Part shown: piece after piece, positions 1 through 9,038 of the stretch
How positions within the stretch are numbered: the first letter of the stretch is position 1
How the letters are laid out: each line of letters opens with the position of its first letter
NCBI GenBank assembly: GCA_963693055.1
Contig: OY843751.1
Coordinates: 6,304,001-6,368,000, forward strand
Origin: a bacterium
GTDB taxonomy: Bacteria > Zhuqueibacterota > Zhuqueibacteria > Residuimicrobiales > Krinioviventaceae
Length of the DNA stretch: 64,000 bases
Reading direction: 5' to 3'
Made by a program: the position numbers and the translations under genes
The notes under the pieces: model-generated
Seen by the model: only the letters and a program-made list of their open reading frames with translations
Told to the model about the DNA's origin: nothing
The model's database searches: none

Positions 1-1
1 T

Positions 2-664
2 ATTTCTCACAACTCGGCTGGCATTGTTTTTCCTTCCTCTAAAGGAGTTATTGGTTTGGGCATTATGCTAAACAGTGTTGATGATTTTGAACGCCGTATC
101 ATTGCTTCTGAAGAACCTTTGGGAACATTTTCAATTCAGGATGTTTCCTTTTCTCTCAGTTATGCCAAGATGATGGGAAGCAAGCTGTCATTGGGTGTTC
201 GGACCGCCTTTTTATATGAAAAAATTTACACGGAATCTTCAAGTGGTTTTGCTTTTGATCTGGGTGCCAGATACAGTCTAATTTCAGATAAATTGTTTGC
301 TGCTGCGGCTTTGCAGAATTTGGGTTCTATGTCTGAGATGGTTATTGAATCTGTGGAACTGCCAAAGGTATTGCGGGCAGGTTTAGCTTATCATTTTCCC
401 ATGTTTCCCGGATCTCAGGCTTTGATTGCTGCTTTAGATTATGTTCAATATCTTGAAGGAGACAGTCATATTCATGCAGGTTTGGAGTATAATCCGGTAT
501 CTGTTATTACATTACGTACCGGTTTTCAAACCGGCTATGAAGAAAAATCTATATCTGCAGGATTTGGATTGGATTTTGGTTTTATTGTTATCGATTACGC
601 TTATGTCCCTTATGAAAACGACCTCGGAAACGCTCAACGGTTCTCACTTGCAGCCCGTTTTTAA
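2..664 (+). CDS. PorV/PorQ (UPF0164)-family outer-membrane beta-barrel, 5'-truncated by window edge
   Basis: Frame open from position 2; motifs LSYAK..LSLG, GFAFDLG, NLG, LP..LRAG, GLEY, LRTG, IDYAY, C-terminal Phe. Confidence 0.8.
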   Translation: MSHNSAGIVFPSSKGVIGLGIMLNSVDDFERRIIASEEPLGTFSIQDVSFSLSYAKMMGSKLSLGVRTAFLYEKIYTESSSGFAFDLGARYSLISDKLFAAAALQNLGSMSEMVIESVELPKVLRAGLAYHFPMFPGSQALIAALDYVQYLEGDSHIHAGLEYNPVSVITLRTGFQTGYEEKSISAGFGLDFGFIVIDYAYVPYENDLGNAQRFSLAARF

Positions 665-697
665 CAAAATTCTTTAAAAATTGTGCAAAAAATTCTT

Positions 698-737
698 TTT
701 CCCCTAAATTCTGTGGCATTAGGGGAAATTTTTTTTT
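698..737 (+). terminator. Intrinsic terminator
   Basis: TTTCCCCTAA/TTAGGGGAAA stem followed by T-run after the PorV-like gene. Confidence 0.65.
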
Positions 738-806
738 ACATTTAAGATTAAGTTAATCTTTGCTCTAGAATTTAGAAAAGTATGGTATTATTATAAAGGA
801 TGCAGA

Positions 807-2960
807 ATGTCGATGAAAAAATTAAATGTCGCTTTTGGGATCCACAATCACCAACCAATTGGTAATTTTGATTTTGTTTTCGAGCAGGCATATGATCAAT
901 CATATAGCCCTTTCTTTGAAGTGTTAGAAAAACACCCCAATGTACGTATGACCAAACACTATAGCGGAATATTGCTAGAGTGGTTAAAACAACATCATCC
1001 GGAATTGATTGACAAGCTGAAAAAAGGAGTTAAATCTGGTCAGATTGAAATGATGTCCGGTGGATATTATGAACCCATTTTAACCAGTATTCCGGAGCGG
1101 GATATTGTTGGTCAAATTGACAAATTGACAAAATATGTAAAAAAAGAAACCGGTTATGATCCCAAGGGGATCTGGTTAACCGAACGGGTTTGGGAACCGT
1201 ATTTACCGGCGTCTCTGGCGCAAGCGGGAATACAATACACATTGACCGATGATTCGCATTTTAAATCTGTTGGTTTGCAGGATGATCAGTTGTTAGGGTA
1301 TTATGTGACTGAACATCAAGGTCAACCATTGAAAATATTTCCCATTTGCGAAAAACTTCGCTATACCATCCCTTTTCAGCCTCCCGAGAAAACCATTGAA
1401 GTATTTGAATCACTTGCGACAGAAGATGGTGAGCGCCTGGTTGTGTTTGCGGATGATGGTGAAAAGTTTGGTGTTTGGCCGGGCACATATGAACAATGTT
1501 ATGTAAATGGATGGTTGGACCGGTTTTTCACCCTTTTGGAAGAAAATCAGGACTGGTTGAATATTATTACATTTTCTGAGGCCCTGGAGCAGTTGAAACC
1601 TTTGGGTCGTGTATATTTGCCTACCGCATCGTATCGTGAAATGATGGAATGGGCCATGCCCACCCAGGCTATTACAAAATATGAGCATTTCCATGAATGG
1701 CTGGAAAGCCAGTCTGTTTCTAAAGAAGATATGAACTTTGTTAAAGGCGGTTTTTGGCGTAATTTTCTTGCCAAGTACCCCGAATCGAATAACCTGCAAA
1801 AACGCATGCTGTTAACAAGCAACCGTTTTGATCGTTTAAAAGAAGAAAAGTCCATTGAAAAGGCCCGTGACCATATTTACGCAGGCCAGTGTAATTGTCC
1901 CTATTGGCATGGTGTGTTTGGCGGACTCTATTTACCACATTTGCGTTATGCAATTTATAACAACCTGGTTCAGGCTGATGTAGAAATGGACATGATTGAA
2001 CACAAAGATGAGCTCAAAACCGGTTGGGTAGATGTAAAAATGCAGGATTTTGATGCGGATGGATTCGATGAATGCCTGGTAGAAACCGACCGTCTTTTTC
2101 TGAATTTTTCTCCTGAAAACGGTGCCGGTCTTACAGAATTGGATTTTAAACCCAAGGCCCTCAACCTCCTCGATACCATGACACGACGAGAGGAAGCCTA
2201 TCATAAAAAATTATATGAACTGGAGAATAATCAAAGCGGTTATGATGGCGATAGCGTGGCTTCCATACATGATATTGTCATGACCAAGGAAGAAGGTCTT
2301 GATCAGTACCTGAATTATGACTGGTACAGACGGGTTTCCATGCTGGACCATTTTCTTCATCCACAGGTAACGCTGGAGAGTTTTAATAAAGCCCAGTACG
2401 GAGAACAGGGTGATTTTGTAAATCAACCCTATGAAGTCAAAGTCTCAAAGCAAAAAGATAGTGCGAAAATTACGTTTTTACGAGACGGGAATGTGTGGAT
2501 AGGATGGGACTTTTTGCCGCTGCAGGTTAAAAAAGTGGTAACGGTTAAAGCCAAGAGCGATCTGGTTGATATGGCATATACTCTGAAAAATACCAGTGAT
2601 AAATCGATTTCTCTATGGTTCGGTGTTGAATTTGCAACAGCATTAATGGCCGGAAACGCGCCAGACCGGTATTACAAAGTACCTGGTGTTGAACTGGATG
2701 ATGCTAAATTGGCAAGCAAGGGAGTCATTGAGAATATCAACGAGATATCTCTTTATGATGAATGGTTAAAGGTAAGGGCGTCTTTTGAGGTGAGTAAAAA
2801 AGCGGATTTTTGGAGATTGCCCATAGAAACGATTTCCATGTCTGAAGCCGGCTTTGAAAGAGTGTATCAGGCTTCGGTAATAATGCCAAATTGGAAAATT
2901 AATCTGGAACCCGGCGAGCAATGGAAAGTAAATATAAAAGAGACTATTACCAGTCTTTAA
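807..2960 (+). CDS. GH57 alpha-amylase/4-alpha-glucanotransferase with C-terminal DUF1925/DUF1926-type domains
   Basis: HNHQP, GGYYEPIL, WLTERVWEP, DDGEKFG, QCNCPYWHGVFGG motifs. Confidence 0.92.
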   Translation: MSMKKLNVAFGIHNHQPIGNFDFVFEQAYDQSYSPFFEVLEKHPNVRMTKHYSGILLEWLKQHHPELIDKLKKGVKSGQIEMMSGGYYEPILTSIPERDIVGQIDKLTKYVKKETGYDPKGIWLTERVWEPYLPASLAQAGIQYTLTDDSHFKSVGLQDDQLLGYYVTEHQGQPLKIFPICEKLRYTIPFQPPEKTIEVFESLATEDGERLVVFADDGEKFGVWPGTYEQCYVNGWLDRFFTLLEENQDWLNIITFSEALEQLKPLGRVYLPTASYREMMEWAMPTQAITKYEHFHEWLESQSVSKEDMNFVKGGFWRNFLAKYPESNNLQKRMLLTSNRFDRLKEEKSIEKARDHIYAGQCNCPYWHGVFGGLYLPHLRYAIYNNLVQADVEMDMIEHKDELKTGWVDVKMQDFDADGFDECLVETDRLFLNFSPENGAGLTELDFKPKALNLLDTMTRREEAYHKKLYELENNQSGYDGDSVASIHDIVMTKEEGLDQYLNYDWYRRVSMLDHFLHPQVTLESFNKAQYGEQGDFVNQPYEVKVSKQKDSAKITFLRDGNVWIGWDFLPLQVKKVVTVKAKSDLVDMAYTLKNTSDKSISLWFGVEFATALMAGNAPDRYYKVPGVELDDAKLASKGVIENINEISLYDEWLKVRASFEVSKKADFWRLPIETISMSEAGFERVYQASVIMPNWKINLEPGEQWKVNIKETITSL

Positions 2961-2996
2961 TGTGATAAAGAGGTTTGTTTAATAAAGGACGATAAT

Positions 2997-4598
2997 ATGG
3001 TAAAAGGGAAAAATATGAAACGATCACTCTGGACTGTTCTGGCAATTGCATTAGCAATTGTTGTATTGAATCAGTTTGGAAATCGTGATGTGTATCCATC
3101 TGATGGTATACGTGATCAGCTAGTCCGGTTTAATGAGGTTTTTGCATATATCAATCAATTTTATGTTGAAAAGCCAGACAATGAGGAGATTATTACCGGT
3201 GCAATAGAAGGCATGTTGAGTGAGCTGGATCCTCATTCTGTATATATTCCTAAAAAACGACTTGAGCGTGTTAATGAACAGTTTGAAGGCGCTTTTGAAG
3301 GTATTGGTATTGAATTTGTGATTTTAAATAAAGTATTGACTGTGGTTGCACCTATCGTTGGCGGTCCCTCTGAAGAAGTGGGGATTTTGCCAGGTGATCA
3401 GATCATCAAGATTGAAGAAAAGTCTGCATATGGTATAACAGAAGATGAGGTGCAGAAAAAGTTGCGCGGACCCAAGGGCAGTAAGGTAAATGTAACCATA
3501 CGCCGACCGGGCCAGTCAGAAAACTTTGATGTTACAATCATTCGCGATAAAATTCCAATATACAGTGTAACCGCCTCGTTTATGCTGGAAGACAACGAGA
3601 CAGGATACATTTATTTGGGACGTTTTGCGAAAACCACTTCGCAGGAGCTTGAAGATGCAATGAACAAGCTTGAAAAGCAGGGTATGAAACAATTGATTCT
3701 AGACCTTCGAGGAAACTCGGGTGGTTTTCTGGATCAGGCTTTTGAAGTTGCTGACAAGTTTGTTCCCGGCGGGCAAAAGATTGTATATACCCGTGGGCGC
3801 CTGAAAAACACCGGTTCAGACTTTTACTCTACCGATGAAGGCACTCACCGTCTGTATCCGTTGATTGTAATGATTGATCATGGATCCGCAAGTGCATCTG
3901 AAATTGTGGCAGGCGCTATTCAGGACCTTGATCGGGGTCTAGTGGTTGGAGAAACCAGTTTTGGTAAAGGACTTGTGCAAAACCAGATTCCTTTACGTGA
4001 TGGTTCTGCGTTACGTTTGACTGTGGCGCGTTATTATACCCCTAGTGGCAGACTGATTCAGCGTCCATATGATGACGGCGTTATGGATTATTATGCGGAT
4101 GCTTATGATGATTCAAGCAGTGCCAGCAAGATTGATTCAACAAAGCAATTCAAGACCTTGTCCGGTCGTGTTGTTTATGGTGGCGGTGGAATTACTCCCG
4201 ATGAGCATCTGGATTCTGACAAAATTACCCGTTTCACTTTTCAATTAAGAAGCAAACGCGTCTTTTTTGAATACGGATCTTCACATGGCCAGGATTTTAA
4301 AAACTGGAAAAACGATTTTGAGAAATATCGTCAAGATTTTGTTATAAATGATGATATGTTGACTGACTTGAAAGCGATAATGGAAAAGCATGAGATAGAA
4401 TATAATGAAAAAGCCTGGGAAAAGGATTTAGATTATATCAAGAATTTCATGAAAGCCGAAGTTGCAAGAAATCTTTGGGACAGTGAGCACTTTTACAGAA
4501 TTAGAATAAAATCTGATAACGAAGTATCGCAAACTGTAGGGCTTTTTCCAAAGGCGACAGAAATTGCAATGTTGAATAACTGGGTTGAAAAGCTCTGA
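2997..4598 (+). CDS. S41 carboxy-terminal processing protease (CtpA/Prc-like) with PDZ domain; start may be 3015
   Basis: LDPHS, GIGI (PDZ), DLRGNSGG, SASASEI, SFGKG, ARYYTPSGR. Confidence 0.93.
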   Translation: MVKGKNMKRSLWTVLAIALAIVVLNQFGNRDVYPSDGIRDQLVRFNEVFAYINQFYVEKPDNEEIITGAIEGMLSELDPHSVYIPKKRLERVNEQFEGAFEGIGIEFVILNKVLTVVAPIVGGPSEEVGILPGDQIIKIEEKSAYGITEDEVQKKLRGPKGSKVNVTIRRPGQSENFDVTIIRDKIPIYSVTASFMLEDNETGYIYLGRFAKTTSQELEDAMNKLEKQGMKQLILDLRGNSGGFLDQAFEVADKFVPGGQKIVYTRGRLKNTGSDFYSTDEGTHRLYPLIVMIDHGSASASEIVAGAIQDLDRGLVVGETSFGKGLVQNQIPLRDGSALRLTVARYYTPSGRLIQRPYDDGVMDYYADAYDDSSSASKIDSTKQFKTLSGRVVYGGGGITPDEHLDSDKITRFTFQLRSKRVFFEYGSSHGQDFKNWKNDFEKYRQDFVINDDMLTDLKAIMEKHEIEYNEKAWEKDLDYIKNFMKAEVARNLWDSEHFYRIRIKSDNEVSQTVGLFPKATEIAMLNNWVEKL

Positions 4599-4624
4599 GC
4601 TATCAAACCGGTTCAAAAAATATA

Positions 4625-4653
4625 TTGACTTTTAAAGCAAAATATGCTAAGTT
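4625..4653 (+). promoter_or_regulatory. sigma70-type promoter of exbB operon
   Basis: TTGACT-N17-TAAGTT with extended TG. Confidence 0.5.
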
Positions 4654-4714
4654 AAAAAATGAGTTTATTGGAAATAATTCACATTAATTAAAATTGTTTG
4701 GAGGAGTCTGAATA

Positions 4715-5332
4715 ATGGTAGAAATGTTTATTGATGGCGGTGCCTTTATGTGGCCCATTTTAGGTCTTTTCGTTTTTGGTTTAGCAATCAGTTTGGAAAG
4801 ACTGTGGACCTTGACACGCGCAAGTGTTAACACAAGAAAATTTATTGCAAAAATTAAAGAGGCGTTGAGTGAAGGTGGCGTTCAAGGCGCAATCGAAGTT
4901 TGTGAAAATACACGCGGTCCTGTTGCATCTATTTTTCATGCAGGTTTGATGCGTTCAAGCCGTGGTTTGGAACATGTAGAAAAAGCAATTTCAAATGCCG
5001 GATCTATTGAAATGGCTTTTCTTGAAAAAGGTTTGGTATGGTTGGCAACTGTAATTAGTGTTGCACCGATGTTGGGATTTACCGGTACTGTACAAGGTAT
5101 GATTAAAGCTTTTGAAGATATTGCTGCTGCAAATGATATTTCACCCACCATCGTTGCCGGTGGTATTGGTGTTGCGTTGTTAACAACCCTTTTTGGTTTG
5201 GTTGTGGCTGTTACTATTCAAATTCTTCACAACTATTTTGTTTCAAGAATTGACAAGTTGATCATTGATATGGAAGAAAGTTCCAATGAACTTGTTGACA
5301 CCTTGATTGCCCTTGAAGAAAAAGGAAACTAA
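4715..5332 (+). CDS. exbB: MotA/TolQ/ExbB proton channel
   Basis: APMLGFTGTVQGMIKAF, ALLTTLFGL; three TM segments. Confidence 0.93.
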   Translation: MVEMFIDGGAFMWPILGLFVFGLAISLERLWTLTRASVNTRKFIAKIKEALSEGGVQGAIEVCENTRGPVASIFHAGLMRSSRGLEHVEKAISNAGSIEMAFLEKGLVWLATVISVAPMLGFTGTVQGMIKAFEDIAAANDISPTIVAGGIGVALLTTLFGLVVAVTIQILHNYFVSRIDKLIIDMEESSNELVDTLIALEEKGN

Positions 5333-5362
5333 TTTAACCCGGCAATGTAGAGGTATATTCTT

Positions 5363-5761
5363 ATGTTAAAAAAGAAAGAAAAAGAGTCACCCGAAATTAA
5401 TTCCGGCTCAATGGCAGATATCGTATTTTTGCTGCTCATATTTTTTCTGGTAACAACAACAATTGATACTGATAAAGGTATTACTCTGGTACTGCCTCCA
5501 AAAGGTTCAGATACCAAAGAAGTGCATAAAGATAACCTTGCCAACATCCTGATCAATGCTTCCGGTGAGGTAATGCTTGATGAAGAACGTATAGCAATTC
5601 CTGAAATTTCTTCACGTGCACGTGAAATGATCCAGAAAAATGACAAGATTGCTTTTTCAGTAAAAACACTGAAACAAACAAAATACGAAGCCTATATCGA
5701 CGTTATTGATCAACTGAAACGCGCCGGAGCGATCCGTATTTCAATTGCGGAACCTGATTGA
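5363..5761 (+). CDS. exbD: ExbD/TolR, type A copy 1
   Basis: SMADIVFLLLIFFLVTT. Confidence 0.92.
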   Translation: MLKKKEKESPEINSGSMADIVFLLLIFFLVTTTIDTDKGITLVLPPKGSDTKEVHKDNLANILINASGEVMLDEERIAIPEISSRAREMIQKNDKIAFSVKTLKQTKYEAYIDVIDQLKRAGAIRISIAEPD

Positions 5762-5809
5762 TTTTTGGGCGTTAAAAATATGTAATTATATAAAACTGGA
5801 GCAAATGCT

Positions 5810-6232
5810 TTGGACTTTAAGAAAAAATCAAAAGCAGGTAGCGGCATTTCTACGGCTTCCATGCCTGATATCATTTTTATGTTGCTGATTTTCTTCATGG
5901 TTTGTACTGTGATCAAATCATCACAAGGTTTAAAAGTGATATTACCGGATGCAAAGAAAATTGAAAAATTACCGGGTAAACGTGGTGTTGGCGTTATTTG
6001 GGCTGACCGTGCCGGCAATTTAACAATAGATGATAAATTTTTAAACCCCACAGATATTCGTAGTATCGTTTATCAAAAGGCTATTGACCCAACAAGCCCG
6101 TTAAAGATTGTATCTTTAAAGATTGACAGTCAGGTTGAGATGGAACGCGTAACCCAGATACACGAAGAGTTGCGGGAAGTTGGTGAAGCAGCATTGAATG
6201 TCAACTATTCTGCAAAAACTGCAGCAGATTGA
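5810..6232 (+). CDS. exbD: ExbD/TolR, type B copy 1 (TTG start)
   Basis: SMPDIIFMLLIFFMV. Confidence 0.9.
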   Translation: MDFKKKSKAGSGISTASMPDIIFMLLIFFMVCTVIKSSQGLKVILPDAKKIEKLPGKRGVGVIWADRAGNLTIDDKFLNPTDIRSIVYQKAIDPTSPLKIVSLKIDSQVEMERVTQIHEELREVGEAALNVNYSAKTAAD

Positions 6233-6243
6233 GGTGATTTTAT

Positions 6244-6894
6244 ATGAACTTGAGAAAAAAACCAGAAGTCAGCCTGCGCTTTAAATATAAAAAAAATATT
6301 GAGCTGGGCATGGTTTTAACCCTGGCATTACTGGTTTTAGGGTTCCAGGGTTGGAAAAAATTTGAAAAAGGAGAGGTCGAGCAACAGGTTGTGGATTTGA
6401 CCATCAAGGTTGAGGAAATTCCACAAACTGAGCAAACAAAACGTCCTCCCGCACCTTCACGGCCTGCAATTCCTGTAGAAAGTGAAGATGAAGACATTGA
6501 TGTTGATGAAACCATCGAATCAACCGAGATCAATCTCGATGAATTACCACCACCACCACCACCACCAGAAGAAGATATTGATGATTCTGCAGAAATCTTT
6601 GTGGCTTATGATGAACCTCCACAGCCAATTGGTGGATTTGCAGCTATCCAGAAAAATTTGGTTTACCCTGAAATTGCGCGTAAAGCAGGTGTTGAAGGTC
6701 GTGTTGTAATCAACTGTTTGATTGATGAAAAAGGTAGCGTAGTTAATACCAAAGTACTCATGTCTTTGGGAAATAATGGTTGTGATGAAGCTGCTATTGC
6801 TGCTATCAAAAAAGCAAAATGGAAACCGGCAAAGCAACGTGATAAACCGGTTAAAGTTTGGATTGGTATCCCGGTTGTATTCCGGTTGAAATAA
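6244..6894 (+). CDS. tonB: TonB energy transducer, copy 1
   Basis: N-terminal TM, Pro/Glu-rich linker, YPEIARKAGVEGRV, WKPAKQRDKPV. Confidence 0.93.
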   Translation: MNLRKKPEVSLRFKYKKNIELGMVLTLALLVLGFQGWKKFEKGEVEQQVVDLTIKVEEIPQTEQTKRPPAPSRPAIPVESEDEDIDVDETIESTEINLDELPPPPPPPEEDIDDSAEIFVAYDEPPQPIGGFAAIQKNLVYPEIARKAGVEGRVVINCLIDEKGSVVNTKVLMSLGNNGCDEAAIAAIKKAKWKPAKQRDKPVKVWIGIPVVFRLK

Positions 6895-6915
6895 TCCAAC
6901 AATATATTTGATATC

Positions 6916-6953
6916 AAGGGCGAATGAGATTTTCTTGTTCGCCCTTTTTTTTT
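6916..6953 (+). terminator. Intrinsic terminator after tonB copy 1
   Basis: AAGGGCGAA/TTCGCCCTT stem plus long T-run. Confidence 0.8.
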
Positions 6954-6993
6954 ATTCCTTACCATATAAAATTTCTCTCTTGAATAAATTACC

Positions 6994-7023
6994 GGGAACC
7001 GTAGCCTCTTTGATGCAGTTAAA
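6994..7023 (+). promoter_or_regulatory. Putative ECF-sigma promoter of the second exbD-exbD-tonB unit
   Basis: GGGAAC-N17-AGTTAAA. Confidence 0.4.
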
Positions 7024-7151
7024 CTTGTAGAAAGAGGGACCCTCACTAATCATAACATTTTTGATTGTCCGATTAATGGACGGATAAAATCGGGCAAATT
7101 AAAAAAAACCGTAAATGAATACAATTTCACCGGCAACGAGGAGGTATGCTC

Positions 7152-7550
7152 ATGCTGATCAAGAATGATAAAGGTACACCTGAAATCAATTCCGGATCTA
7201 TGGCAGATATTGTTTTCCTTTTGCTCATCTTTTTTCTGGTAACAACAACAATTGATACCGATAAAGGTATTTCTCTTGTTCTGCCAGCCGAGAATAGTGA
7301 AATCGTGAAAATGATTGACAAAAATCTGGTGACTATTTTAATCAATGAAGCAGGTGATGTTATGTTTGAGCGAGAAGCGATAACGATTCCCGAGATTGGA
7401 ACCAAAGCCCGTGAATTGATCCAAAATAACGACAAGCTGGCGTTTTCTGTAAAGACGTTAAAACAAACACGCTATGATGCTTATATCCATGTATTAGACC
7501 AGCTCAAGCGTGCCGGCGCCAAACGTATTTCAATAGCTGAACCAGATTAA
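7152..7550 (+). CDS. exbD: ExbD/TolR, type A copy 2
   Basis: Paralog of 5363-5761; start chosen by homology. Confidence 0.9.
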   Translation: MLIKNDKGTPEINSGSMADIVFLLLIFFLVTTTIDTDKGISLVLPAENSEIVKMIDKNLVTILINEAGDVMFEREAITIPEIGTKARELIQNNDKLAFSVKTLKQTRYDAYIHVLDQLKRAGAKRISIAEPD

Positions 7551-7589
7551 ATTGTATGCACCAAGGTATAATCAGAACAGGAGGAAATC

Positions 7590-8012
7590 ATGCAATTTAA
7601 AAAGAAAGCCCAGGCTGGAAGTGGAATTTCAACCGCATCAATGCCAGATATCATTTTCATGCTGTTGATCTTTTTTATGGTTTGCACAGTTATTAAATCT
7701 TCAAACGGACTCAATGTGATTTTACCTGACGCACAAAAGATTGAAAAATTGCCCGGTAAGCGGGGAGTTGGAGTGATTTGGGCTGACCGTGCAGGTAATC
7801 TGACCATTGATGACCGGTTTTTGAATCCGAATGATATCAGTGGTGTGATTTACCAAAAGGCCATTGATCTTACAAGCCCGCTCAAGATTGTATCTTTAAA
7901 GATAGACAATCAGGTAGCAATGGAACGCGTAACCCAAATACATGAAGAATTGAGAAAAGTAGGAGAAGCTGCGTTGAATGTTAATTATTCTGCAAAAACC
8001 GCGGCGGATTAA
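7590..8012 (+). CDS. exbD: ExbD/TolR, type B copy 2
   Basis: Paralog of 5810-6232. Confidence 0.9.
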   Translation: MQFKKKAQAGSGISTASMPDIIFMLLIFFMVCTVIKSSNGLNVILPDAQKIEKLPGKRGVGVIWADRAGNLTIDDRFLNPNDISGVIYQKAIDLTSPLKIVSLKIDNQVAMERVTQIHEELRKVGEAALNVNYSAKTAAD

Positions 8013-8164
8013 TTGAAAAGGAATCTGTTTGACCGTGTTTGGGTAGATCTGTAATTCAAGCATGTTAGCCAAATAGACAGGGAAGGATACAAAATAGAGA
8101 GCGATCCATACAGGATCCGGAAACCCGGCACAAAGCCGGAGATCAAAATTGAAAGGAGTATCCT

Positions 8165-8809
8165 ATGAAATTTGCTAACAAAGAATTTAAAAGCCGCTAC
8201 CAACGCAACTTTGAACTGTCTCTGGTTTTGTCTTTGGTATTTCTGATTGCCGTTTTTCAAGGCTGGAAACAGTTTGAACATGAGGCTAATGTTGTAATTC
8301 CGGAATTTGACAAACCTATCTATGCCGAGAACATTCGTACTGTTTATCCCCAAAAAATACCCAAACCCTCCAGGCCAGCTATTCCGGTAGAGACTGATGA
8401 TCCGGATGTACCTATTGATGCTACAATTGAAGGTAATAGCAAATTTATTACCAATATTGTTCCACCACCGCCACCATTTAATCCTGAAAAGGAAAAGATT
8501 GACAATGATCCTTTTATCAGTTATGATGAACCACCTACACCAGTTGGTGGATTTATGGCTATTCAACGCAAGGTTGTGTATCCTGAAATTGCCCGCAAAG
8601 CTGGTGTAGAAGGTAGAGTGGTTGTTAAATGTTTGATTGATGAACGTGGAAACGTTATTGAAACTCAAATTCTTCAATCTCTGGGCAACAATGGATGTGA
8701 TGAGGCAGCCATTACAGCGGTTCGTTCTGTAAAATGGAAAGCCGCTATGCAGAGAGATAAACCGGTCAAAGTTTGGATTTCTGTACCTATTACATTCAGA
8801 TTGAAATAA
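8165..8809 (+). CDS. tonB: TonB energy transducer, copy 2
   Basis: Paralog of 6244-6894; YPEIARKAGVEGRV. Confidence 0.92.
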   Translation: MKFANKEFKSRYQRNFELSLVLSLVFLIAVFQGWKQFEHEANVVIPEFDKPIYAENIRTVYPQKIPKPSRPAIPVETDDPDVPIDATIEGNSKFITNIVPPPPPFNPEKEKIDNDPFISYDEPPTPVGGFMAIQRKVVYPEIARKAGVEGRVVVKCLIDERGNVIETQILQSLGNNGCDEAAITAVRSVKWKAAMQRDKPVKVWISVPITFRLK

Positions 8810-8817
8810 TCGAATTT

Positions 8818-8849
8818 AAAGACAAGGGCTTCAAGCCCTTGTCTTTTTT
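8818..8849 (+). terminator. Intrinsic terminator
   Basis: AAAGACAAGGGCT/AGCCCTTGTCTTT perfect stem plus T-run. Confidence 0.85.
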
Positions 8850-9038
8850 ATATTTCCTGCCAGATATGAATAATTCATGTTTCATAATTGTTTAGATGGA
8901 AACTGTTCATTTCTAAATAGTATTGTATAAATTGATCATTCCCCTCTTGTTGGTACTTGCCGAATAATTTTCAGTTATCCTGTTGAATCAATACTATAAT
9001 CCTATAACATTTATTAAAAACAGTGTATGAGGTATATT

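Larger units (their letters stand above)
7123..8809 (+). repeat. Diverged tandem duplicate of 5333-6894 (exbD-exbD-tonB plus the short region upstream of exbD)
   Basis: Near-identical peptides (GISTASMPDIIFMLLIFFMVCTVIKSS; LNVNYSAKTAAD); shared upstream ccggcaa...gaggtat. Confidence 0.9.

Noticed and set aside
6547-6567. (CCA)7 microsatellite and the resulting poly-His/poly-Trp alternative ORFs
   Set aside because: Encodes the normal poly-Pro linker of TonB; the other frames are shadows
8100-8145. GAAA...GCACAAAGCC resembling a c-di-GMP-I riboswitch
   Set aside because: No GGCAAA 5' strand and no P2/receptor; kept only as an unclassified structured spacer
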